Below, piece by piece: positions 13,101 to 25,100 of a stretch of 64,000 nt of DNA. Position 1 is the stretch's first letter. Each line of letters begins with the position of its first letter. This stretch comes from Somniosus microcephalus (lineage: Eukaryota): positions 77,686,001 to 77,750,000 of the forward strand of contig CM126215.1 in NCBI GenBank assembly GCA_052327205.1. The letters are read 5' to 3'. The notes under the pieces are model-generated. The model saw only the letters and a list, made by a program, of their open reading frames with translations, made no database searches and was not told the origin of the DNA. Position numbers and translations under genes: made by a program.

Positions 13101-16100
13101 TCTCACCTTTTCTGTACTTCCTTTCAGTGGAGGTTTTAGAGATGGCCACAATTACTTTATTTTTAATAGGACTTCAGAGCATGTTGCAAGAGTGAAGTTT
13201 CATCTTTTTCTGCTGCATTTGGGAATCAATTCTATTCTCTTGAATTTTTCAACTGAGATGATCTGTACTGCATTCCAAAAATGAACTGAACTTGATTAAA
13301 CCCTTCCCTAATTTTATTCTGTGGCTTATCTTTGGTTCCTTTTTAAGGTCCACTAGTTAGGCTGCAGAAGAACCTGGAAAATTTCAAAGTGGGGATGTGA
13401 AACAGGTGTTAGGCCCTTGATTAGCATATGCAGAGCGGTCTACCACTAGTTTTAGGCGGCTACCAGGGGCGCCTGTATTACCTGAACCAATATGGCATCA
13501 GATGTAATTCAGATGCTGTTCGGGTGCAGAACAAAGCCCAGCAAAATTAGTATTTTGCCACTGTTCTGCACCCAAAAAATTGGTATGTTGGGGTCAATTT
13601 TGCCCCCATTGTATTTGTAAAGATGCTACAGTGAAGCAATTATCTATGTTTAGATTTGATTACAGCACGCAGAATCTTTTGACAAATCTGCTCTAGCAAT
13701 GGCTCTTCTGCAGGAATCTCTGCACCTGGTCCTAAACTGTGCTACTTTGACACACACCTATAATGTGTGGAAAATACTCAAATTTAAGCAAATAATCTAG
13801 GCTGACCATTTGAAATGTCAGAGGTGCTATCTTTTGGATGAGGTGTTAAACAGAGGCTTTCACAGGTGACCATAAGATCTCATGGCACTATTGGAAGAAG
13901 AGCAGGGGGAGGTCTCCCAATATTTATCCATCAACCCACATCACTAAAACAGATTATCTCCATTTCTGTCTATGGAATCTTGCTTTGCATAAATTGGCTG
14001 TTTTTTGGGTGCAGAATGGTGGCAAAATACTAATTTTGCTGGGCTTTGTTCTGCACCCGAACAGCATCTGAATTTCCCTCCATTACAACAGTGACTACAC
14101 TTCCAAAAAGTACTTTTGGCTGTAAAACACTTCGGAACCTCCTGAGCTCATGAAAGGTGCTATATCAATGTAAGTCCTCCCTCCTTTCTTTCTGCCATCC
14201 CTTCATTCCTCCCTTCCTTGTTCCACATGTCTGACTTGAGTGTGATGCTCCTTCCTTCCTGTAAGTAATGAACTTTCAACTTTTTTTACATAAGCAATGG
14301 ACCTCCTACATTCTTGGTACTGTTTCACAAAATGTTTTATGTTCCACACACCCTTTTGTCCTTCAGTCTATTTTTGGAGCCAGTGCTATATTATTGCTTC
14401 TTTGTGGGCCTTCATTCTTTACCTCTCTGCTTGAAATTCTTCACAGAATCAACCTTTCCACTATGTTCCTTTCTCCTTTTCCCCCCCCCCCTCCCCCCTT
14501 CACTGCATAAGTGACTAAATTTTACTGTGGTAGACAGGGAAAGAAGGAACTTGCATTTATATAGCACCTTTCATGACCTCGGGACATTCCAAAGTGCTTT
14601 CAGACTTTAATTGTATATTGAGAAGCAGCTTCCCTGTCCAATAAACTCAAACTCTGAGTACCAACATGTAAGAGGTCTTACGAAGTGGGAGGTTATTGGG
14701 AATATAACAACCCAGTACTGATTGCTCCAGATTTGGGGTCACCCTCCGTCTGCCCCAGTCACTGTCTAATCGCCTCTTAAACGGTCCAGGGCTTTAATCT
14801 CTGCAAAGTTGACCTGTCCATCAGTGAACTGACTGCTGGCACAAGGCCCCCTCAGCACTCTTGAAATTAAATTGTTTTGTAGAAAAGCTAGGTTAAGCAA
14901 ATGCTTGTCCGTGATATTTGCTCTTGTGTTGTGAGGTTATTAGAGTCCGATGGACTTGCTGTCCACTGTGTATAGCTTGCAAATCGCATTAGTACGAATG
15001 TGTGCGCTATATGCGGTGGAGACTGTATAGACTACATGCATTCAAACATCTGCAATCTGCCACTAGGAGGCTTGAGAATGGTCTGATTTTTTATTTTCTC
15101 ATCCCGCCACTCTTCTTCCCCTGTCCCCAGAATTATTTGTTCAACACAATTGAGATTAGAAATTCAGCAGATCAGGCATGATTCTTTTTACTACCAGTGT
15201 TTTTGAGACTACAGTTTTTTTCCAGTTTCTAATAGGTTTTTTTCTGTAATACAGGAAACTTTCTGATATCCGGCACTGATGGGACCGAGCTGGTGCCGTA
15301 ACATCAAAAGTGCCGGACATACCAGAGTTAATGTTTAAACATAGGAACTGAGAAGCTCCGTGTGAATCAACAAACCCTGTTGCTTAGCAACAGCTTCAAA
15401 ACAGTCGGCTGCAGCTGCAAGCGTCTGTAGCTGAAGCTGTTGCTATAGCTACAGGCCTTGCAGTGCTTGACTGGGGGGGGGAAAAAAGCAACGAGAACTA
15501 AAAAAACATATAGAAAACGGCTCCTGATTTTTGCCATTAGATCGAGTATTCCGGACATATAACCTCCGGATAAACCAAAGTTTCCTGTACTATATTTGGG
15601 TTGTGCGCTTATCAATTCTTCCGTTATTGAATTATTAAAATTCTTAAGATATTTGTTAGACAACCCAGCAAAACATTAAACTTTACATTTCATCAAAGAT
15701 GACTTTTAACAAAGTGGTTTAGCTTGAAGTAAAACCAGGAACATTTGATTTGAACTTTTAAAAATATTTTTTATTTATTATTTTCGATCTCTTTCCTTTC
15801 CCATTAGGTTAATATGCAGTCTTGTGTACTATGGTCTGACCCTAAGTGCTAGTGACATGGGTGGTGATCGATATCTAAACATAGCACTTTCTGGATTGGC
15901 TGAGTTGCCTGCTTATCCTATTTGTCTCTTTCTGCTGAACCGCACTTGGTGAGTTGATAAAACCCTTGTCCTGTCTGTATGCAAAGGTCTTTACAAAATA
16001 TTTTACTTTCTTAACTATTTGCAGCTCATCTCACTTTCTAAAATGTTTTCCTGTTTTGAATTGGCACTCATTTGATGTATTTTGCCAGTCTATAGCAACT

Positions 16101-19100
16101 GGACAGACTATATAAGAGCAGGAGTAGGCCATATGGCCCCTCGAGCCTGCTCTGCCATTCAATAAGATTATGGCTGATCATCGACCTTAACTCCATTTTC
16201 CCGCCCAATCTCCATATCCCTTGATTCCTCGAGTCCAAAAATCAATCTATCTCGGCCTTGAATATACTCCGACTCGGCATTCACAGCCCTCTGGGCAGAG
16301 AATTCCAAAGATTCACAGCCCTCCGTGAAGAAATTCCTCCTCATCTCAGTCTTAAATGGCTGACCCCTTATTCTGAGACTATACCCCCTAGTTCTAGACA
16401 CTCCAGCCAGGGGAAACAACTTCTCAGCATTACCCTGTCAGATCACCCCTCATTCTTCTAAATTCCAGAGAGTGTCCATAGTGTTGACCATTTCTAGTGT
16501 ATGTCCACTTTACTCATAACTGGCGCTAAAGCCCATGCTAACAACCATCTGCGGTGCTTAACCATCCCTTTTATTTAACTCTAACGCCCAGATTAGCAGG
16601 CTCTTTCAGTTCCTAATGCTACAATTTATTGAATATTTGCTTAGATTAATGATTGCTTAGTTCAAGTTTAAGCCCTAAACTGAGTTTAGCTCAGTTGGCA
16701 GCACTCTCCCCTTTTTGAGTCAAGTTTGTGAATTTAACCCTTACTCCTAGATTTAGCATGTAAACTAGGCTGATATTTCAGTGTAGTACTGCGGTGTGCT
16801 ACATTGGCAGAAGAGCTGTCCTTTGGATAAACTGTTAATTCAAGACCCCATCTGTCTGATCTAGTGGTTCAGGTGGATGTTACAAATCCAATACTGCAAA
16901 TGAAAGAAATTCAGGGAGTTTTCTTGGCCCTCATTTTCCCCCCCTCGGGCAAACCAGTCAAAAGTTTAACTGGTACAGGAAACTCTGTGCTATCCGGCAC
17001 CGTCGGGACCGAGCTGTTGCCGTTCCCTCAAAACTGCCGGACACTCCAGCTCTAATGTTGAAGCATACGGAGGTTTTCATCTCTGTATCTGACAACAAAT
17101 ACTGTTGCTTAGCAACAGCTTCTAAACAGTCGGCTGCAGCTGCAAGCGTCTCTAGCTGAAGCTGTTGCTATAGCTACAGACCTTGCAGCGCCTGACTGGG
17201 GGGGAAGAAAAGCAACGAAAAGAAAAAAAAACGGCTCCTGATTTGCCGGTGGCTTGAGCTTGCCGGACATTTAGCCTCCGGATAACAGTTTCCTGTAGTT
17301 CTTTTCACTTGCTGTTTTTGGGATCCAGATATAGCACAAAATGGGTGCTTCCTAATTACATAGCAGTTCAAAGTAATTCATTGATTGTGAAATGCTTATG
17401 ATCTATTTCTGTTCTGAGATGGCAATATAAAATTATACATTTTCTAAAACAAGTAGTCCTGATGCCCTTATTTTGTAAACTCTGTTAAATGGCCTGTTAG
17501 CAAATGCAGTTAGTGACTTCATCTGGTTACATGTGACACATTCCTATGAAATTACTGTACTATAAGAAGAATTTCTTATTTTGAGCTATTGCATCATTCT
17601 GGGTTTTTGAAACTTTAACAGTCCAATATTAATGAGAACAACAGTATATGCTTATTGATTTTGTTCAATCCTCTTGATGCAGTATTTAGTGAAGAGTTTT
17701 TTCATTTGTTATGTCAGTAAAGAAGAAGCAATAGAATCAGCTATTCGTAACTTCATGGAGAAGTCGCTATTGATACTCAGAAAATATGTTGTGGCATAGC
17801 ACAAATGTGTCTGAACTGGTGTTTTTGTTGTCACTCATTATTGTCCCTGCTCCTCTTCCATTTAGGTCAGGTCGCAGACGGACACTAGCAGGATTCCTGC
17901 TTGGGGGTGGTATAGCCTGTCTTGTCATGATTTTGCTGCCAGAGAATAAAGGCAAGATAACTATTAAAATAAATAGCATTTTAGTGCGTGTGTGTGAATC
18001 AAACCGCTGCGAGTCTCATTCTTAGGATGAAAGCTTGGTTAGGTACTGAATTCTGGACTGAACAATGGAGCACCCTTAAAGAAGTGGGACCTAATATTGA
18101 GCAGGAGTGAGCTGAAGTTTATGGAGGGTGTGAGCCTGGAGGTGACAACCATGAGGGTTTCAGCAGCACATGCAGTGTGATCAGGGAGGAGGTGGGTAAT
18201 GCTATGAAAGAGGCATCGAGTCAGTGGTAAGGGTGTGAATTTTATGGCAGGGGCCCAAAGAAGATGGCTTTGGTCTTTCCAATGTTTAGCTGCAAGAAGT
18301 TACAGCTCATCCAAAACTGGATGTTGGACGAGCAGTCTGACCACCGAGTCAAAAAGGAGGTGAAGTTAGTTCTGGGTGTCATCAGCATCCATATGTGGAA
18401 ACTCACTCTCTCTACATCACCAGATAATATCACCAAGGATCAGCATGTAGATGAGGAAAAGGAGGAGAAAAGCCATTGCTGGAAATGCTCTGGCTATGAT
18501 TTGATGGGAATCCTGATCGAAAAGTAGTCCCAATATATATTCAACCCAGGCCTACACACCTCCACAGACAACACCACTGGACCACAGATGGTAACCATCA
18601 TGCCCTGAGCAATACTTGATTATCTAAGTCTATGTCTGTTGTTGAAATAGTTGACACAGCATTAACTGCTTTTACTGGCAGATTTCTCCCCATATGCATT
18701 AGTGTATCTGTGTGAACTGGGGGATGATTTTTAATGTCTAGACGTTTACATTTTTAAGCCTGTATCCTCTAGTTTGGATCTCTTGGATTAAGTCAAATAA
18801 TGTGCTTACATCTACATTTATTTTTGTTACCTAAAGTTGGAGATTTGGATCATGTCTCCCTCAATAGTTTCTGCAATAACAAGTTCACTCCTTATAACTT
18901 TGTGCTCTGTATTTCCATGTTAACTATATATCCCACACACCTATTATGGGAAAGACTGAAAACAATGCAATTTTTTAATCGTATCTTGTGCTGATCAAAA
19001 TGAAGGATGTCCATGTAGGTGAACTGGAACACTTGCACATTTAGCACCCAGTTTCAGTTACAGCCACCTTGGGTCTGGTTAGGTGAAGAGTAACACACCT

Positions 19101-22100
19101 ATCCTTCCCTTTGTAATTTCCTGCCCAGTTCCCTGTGACTTGCCATGTCTCCCACGTCTCCATTTCAAAACCTTTTTCTTTGACCATGCCTTTGGTTTTC
19201 CCCATCCACCTGAAGCCCCTCTCATTTTCCTCCTTTTTCACCTTCCTGCTCTGCTCTTGTGCTTAGTTGAGTTGTCTTCCCTGCACGTGAGGAGTACAAT
19301 AGAAATGTTGGTTGTTCTGGATTAGATTTAAACCCAGCTCCCAGAAAGAACAATGTTCATAGCCTGCTTGGGTAAATCTAGTTGAATTAGATATTTATAC
19401 AGCTCATGATCCTGGCATTATAGGACTTGTGACTTTACTGCTGATGTAAGCCCCCAAGTGCGGACCAAGTGATATACAATGTCGACGTCACTGGCTTGTT
19501 GAAAGAAAGACGGACCAACTAATTGAAGTCAAAACGGTTTATTCAGGCCTAGGGAGAACCTTTCAGATCGCGTCTGAATCCAACTCCAACAAGCCTCTCA
19601 AAGTCCACAGTTATACAAAAATTAAGGCCCTGCCCTAGAGGCGGGGATAAGCTTATTAGCATATACAGAGTTATAGCTAAATTGTAATTATAAAACCGTG
19701 ACCGTTCATCTTGCCGACCCCAATCCCCACATTTCGTTATCAGTTGGTCCCGTCACCTCTTGTGACCATGGGCCTCATCTTAATTACTTTACAACCATCC
19801 ATTTGCCTGTAGTCAGATGGTTTGGCTTGTTAAGTGTTTTCTTAAGATATCAGTCCTTGTTCAAGCAGGCAAACCACAGACTTTCTGTCTCGCTTCGGGC
19901 CATCTCTGCAAGGCAAACACACTAGTTAGCCCCACTATATTTTGAAGAATGGAACCCTGTTGTGAATTACAACAAACAGACTCTTAAGTGCATAGGTGTT
20001 GCCCCGCTTGACTGAACACACACATCTCCTTCAATCTTTCCATGAGTTCTTGCAGTTTAATCTCTCAGCATTTGAAGTCCCTTAATCATGTTTAAAACTT
20101 AGCTGGGTTCATGCAATATACAGACCTCTATTGTTCAACTCCGAGCATGAATTAACCCATTCCCTCCACCTCGTACATTGGTGTTGCAAGTGAATCCTGG
20201 TTGTCTTGCCCTATTATATCCAATTTTTAATATCTTACTTCACTGCCAATGTATTATTTAGATGAATCCACTTACCCAATTTTCTCATGAACCAATGCAG
20301 AAATTAAGTAATAAGGATTTAATTCCAGTAATATGTGGTGCTAACCGTTCCTTCACAGCCCTAACTATATTTTTTTTTTTTTTACTGTTTTTGAACTTGC
20401 TTGCAAAACCTACAGACAGTGGTGGGTTTGTGTTAACCCACCATTGTCTAGGTTTGAAGTATAGTTTATGTTGCTTACATTTCAGACAACAAAAACTTGG
20501 TTTGGCTTGTTGGATATTGTAGGTACGGTAGCATAGTGGTTATGTCACTGGACTACTAACCCAGCGACCTGGACATGAGTTCAAATCCCACCATGGCAGC
20601 TGGGGAATTTAAATTCAGTTAATAAATAAATCTGAAATTATTAAAAAAAAAAAAAGCTAGTAATGGTGACTATGAAACTACCGGATTGTCGTAAAAATCC
20701 ATCTGCCCTTTAGGGAAGGAAATCTGCCGTCCTTACCTGGTCTGGCCTATATGTGACTCCAGACCCACAGCAATGTGGTTGACTCTTAACTGCCCACTGA
20801 AATGGCCTAGCAAACAACACAGTTGTATAAGGCGGCTCACCACCGCATTCTCTAGGGCAATTAGGAATGGGTTATAAATGCCGGCATTGCCGGCGACACC
20901 CACATCCCATGAACGAATAAATTTAAAAAAGAAAAAAAAAAAAAAAAAATGGAGTGGTCCCCATGGGATGTGTTTTATCTTTTATTTGTAATCCCCGTTT
21001 CATCCCTGTTGTCTCCCACAGGAGCCGCTTGCCACCATGCAGCCTCCTTCAAGCAAGAGGGCAGGATGGTCTTGGATACAGACTACTCCACAACCACCAT
21101 CAAAGCCACTCTGATCAGCAGATGGGAGGTATGCTTGTAATGGGGCGAGCCAGCTATACCAGTTTCTGTTTTCCTGCTGCTGAGAGGAACGACCCTCTAG
21201 TGAGTTGATTAAATCTAGTTGCATAGCCAAGAACTGTGGAAACTCATCTCCACTATGATGGGTGAACTCCACTGGCAGCTAGGATTCCGAATAAAACCTG
21301 CAACAATCCGGTCAAGGGGCTCGTGCTCGGATGCTAGTACTACTGGGCCACAGTGTCTGGCGGAATTAGCTGTTGTATTTGAGTGCTACAATATTGCTGT
21401 TTTTCCTTTTGTAAGCTGAGCTCAACAATTGGCTTTTTGCTCTTAATTTTTTTCAAACACACCGTTCTGTTTCACAATAGTTGCATTGCTACTATTCCTT
21501 CACCAAGATGAATTGGTGCTTCCTTGTGATGGATCAACAGGAGATGCACTATTATTATGTGTGATTCAACTCTACCAGTTTTCCCTTCTAAAACTGAGTG
21601 TACCATGATGAAACTGATTTTAATTTGTAATTGTAATCATTTGAGATATACAAAAAAAGTAAATGCTCATTCAGGGGAGAATAGTAGTTTGAATGCCATT
21701 CAAATTTGGGCCTTGTGATTGGAAAATTCAATCAATAGAGCTACCAGAGCAATAATCTCTTAAATTACATTAGTATAATAGCTGAGTTTTATCAGTTTTC
21801 AAAATATATCTAGATTTTTCCAAGAATTAGATGGAATTATAGGGGTTATTGAAATTGTGAATTGTAGAAATATTTAGGTTGACATTTCCCATTTTATAGT
21901 ATTCTTACAATGCACCCATGTTAATAGTTTGCAGTTCTCTGCACCTAAAGCATTTGATATTTATTTCACTTCTGGGAACATTCTGCTGTTTCCCCACCTC
22001 CTGCCATTTTGTGTTTTCTTGATGTCTCTGTGAAAGCTGGCATCTGGTTAAAGGGCTTTTACTTTTTGTGCTATGCTGAATTAATTTTTAGGGTTTTTTT

Positions 22101-25100
22101 TTTTGGTTATACATTTTTATTCTCTTTCTTCCCCCCCCCCCCCCCCCCCCCCAACTTGAAGTTGCTGACTTGTTCAGTTTCATGCCACTAGCCCATATGG
22201 CTAGCCATCATGTTTGAATCCAGACAGTGATGCCAGGCCATTCAATTTTGGAGAGCATCATAGCTGAGCCTGATCCTGGCTTTACCCATCGTTCATATGT
22301 GCGCGTGTCACTGTCCTTGAAGGTTTCTTGGTTGTGTCTATTTGCAACACCAAATTTCTTATTGGAGGACAAGGCCAGATTTCTCATTGGTCCCCTTTGA
22401 CAAGACACATCCAACAATGTCTAGAATGTGTAATTTGATCCTCCCTGCTGGAGTAATCAAGATCTTTTGCAATGTGTAGTTTAATCCATTCATTGTGACA
22501 GCCAGGCTCCAGAGCTCACAGTGCTAACACTACTGCTTTCAGAGAACAGACCGGGCTCACCCTCCTGGTTTTGGAGCACTCACACTGACGAGTTCAGCTA
22601 GGAAGGGGTGTGGCCATGGAGGGATTTTAACATGAGGATGAGAATTTTAAAATCTTGGTGTTGGTGGGCAATGTTCCCCCTAATTTTTATTTTTGGGTGC
22701 ACAGTCCCTTTAACAGGCTGCATGGCCCATTCAGAATTTTGCGCATGCTCAATCTCCCATTCAAAAGCTGGTAATTGGCCGGCACAGGACCTCCAGACCG
22801 CTACGCTGCCGTGTACCTTAGTGGGAACGTTGTTCGTGGACCATAAGCCAATGTAGGGCACAGGGGTGATGGGTGAATGGGACTTGCTGCGTGTTAAATA
22901 AGTGCAGCAGCGTTTTGGATGAGCTCAAGCTCCGTGAAGGTGATAGCACGGTGGCATAGTGGTTAGCACTGTTGCCTCACAGCGCCAGGGACCCGGGTTC
23001 AAATCCGGCCTCAGGTGACTGTGCAAACTCCACACAGACATTCTCCCCATGTTTGCGTGGGTTTCCTCCCACAGTCCAAAGATGTGCGGGTTAGGTTGAT
23101 TGGCCATGATTTAAAAAATTGGCCCTTCGTGTTAGGGGGGATTAAATACGTGGGGTTATGGGGATAGGGCTTGGGTGGGATGGCTGTCGGTGTAGGGACC
23201 GGGCGCTAGGGTTTGGATGATCAGCCATGATCTCGTTGAATGGCGGAGCAGGCTCGAAGGGCCGAATGGCCTACTGCTCCTATCTTCTATGTTTCTAAAG
23301 ATGGGAGGCTGGTCAGGAGAGCATTGGAATAGTCGAGTCTGGCAAATAAAACACATTTAATGGCGGGGGAGGGGGTGGTGGTGGTGGGAAGGGGGGGGGG
23401 GGGGGGAGAAATGTGATCCAGACCTAACTGGGCAGGTGGGAAAAGGTGATCTATCTTCCCTTCTAGATCACGTGTTCTCATTTTTCTTCCCCCTCCCCTC
23501 AGACCCCTCCCCTTAGACCTGGATCACGTTCTCTTTTTTTCTGCAGCGCCCCCCCCCCCAAAAACAAGTTCCTGACCCCTCCCAAGTTCTTTCTCATACC
23601 CGCCCCCACGAGCTCCTCTCTTTCCCCCTGCGATCTCCCCTCTCTGATCTCCCCTCTCTTACTCTCCCAACCCCTCCCATCCAGTCTTCGATCCCCTCTT
23701 CCCCCTTCGATCCCCTCCTCTGATATTGTGGATCTGACTGAGATTACAAACTCCTGTTGGGTTTCAGTTATGGCTGCATAAGATAGTGAGGTTGGAAAAA
23801 TAGTACTGCCGAAGGGCCACTTTGAATCATTATTCTTTTGATTTTGAACCCTGGTTACAGAGCTACAATCTTTGGGGTAAACCGGGATACCCACCATTCA
23901 ACCAAGGATGGCAGTTAGAATTTTCACCTTTGTCGCTGCACACTTTTTTTTGTTTTCCCCTTACCAATATCATTTTCCTCTGTAGGAAATACTACCTCAT
24001 TCTCTGTCTCCTCTGCACATTGTTCCTTCTTTCAATACTCATGCACTCAAACTTAAACTTCATTATCAGAAATAGGAATAAAAACCTCTTCAGCAGCATG
24101 ATCTTGTCCGCCATGTTGATTCAGTGCGAGCTTCAATCTGGGAAGTGTTCGGGCCCACTGCCACCTCTGGCCCGGAACTCCCACCTGCCTGTTGTGCCAT
24201 CGGCAATTATAACCAAATTCGAGGGCTCCCCAAGGCTACCCCTGCGATTTCCCTTCTCCTCTTCCTCTTCCGGATGTGCATGCACAGAGTCAAATGCCAT
24301 GCAAGTAATCACTCTGCGGTTTCTTTTCAGGAGGATCTTCCCTTTCCTTTTATAAATCTAATTTCCTGCATCGAAGTTTTTAATGCTTACTAATAAATTA
24401 TGTGTCTATATTGGTTGTATTTTTTTGCTGTGAGTTTTATGCAAAATATTTTTGGTTTAGAGTGGATATACTTTTCTCTTTTCCAGGCAGTGGGATATAT
24501 TCATTTGTCAACAGCCAATCTTTCTCATTTTTGGGTAAACTATCAATAAGCGCTGCATTTAACGTAGTCTACGTCTACTCCTCCGAGCTCTATCCTACCT
24601 CTGTCAGGTAAGTCTGTGATGGGTGGAAATCTTGAGAGTGACTACAGGTGTGTGTTTGATATTCCAGTTATGTCCTGATTTTCTCAGTTGTTGAGCTTTT
24701 CTCCAGTGCATTATTTTTCAATTTGTTCTTATGATGTGGATGACACTGGTAAGACAGTATTTATTCCCCACAGCATTAAGAATCAATCATGTAGTGTGGG
24801 ACTGGAGTCATATATGTAGGTTAAACTAGGTAGGGGTGGCCTGCAGAACATTAGTGAACCAATTGGCTTTTATGATAATCTGGCAGATCTCCAGGTCATC
24901 TTCTGGTGCTAGCCCACAAATGACCAGATTTATTGAATTCATTTTTCTTCTGTGAGGCATTTTGAGATGTTAAATATGGTATATAAATGCATGATGATAT
25001 TGTCATAACAGCCTTATCAAAATACCTAAAATTATAGCTGCTTTGCAGTTGCCTCCCATGTATCTTGACCTTTCATGGCCCACATTTGTGCACAGTTACA

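Noticed and set aside
12768-15948. Exon 6-7 circular RNA (354 nt, between inverted CR1s at 11433 and 16112) as an endless ORF
   Set aside because: The back-splice junction TG+A creates a TGA stop, and nothing in the sequence shows the circle exists.
22946-23015. tRNA-like sequence with A and B boxes (also ~20522-20595 and ~28420-28487)
   Set aside because: These are SINE heads continuing into SINE bodies and tails, not tRNA genes.
23822-24355. 177-aa plus-strand ORF in intron 8, with a minus-strand [11 protein letters not shown] start at ~24115
   Set aside because: No recognisable domain or splice logic, and the minus frame hits stops quickly; probably a decayed transposon or a chance ORF.
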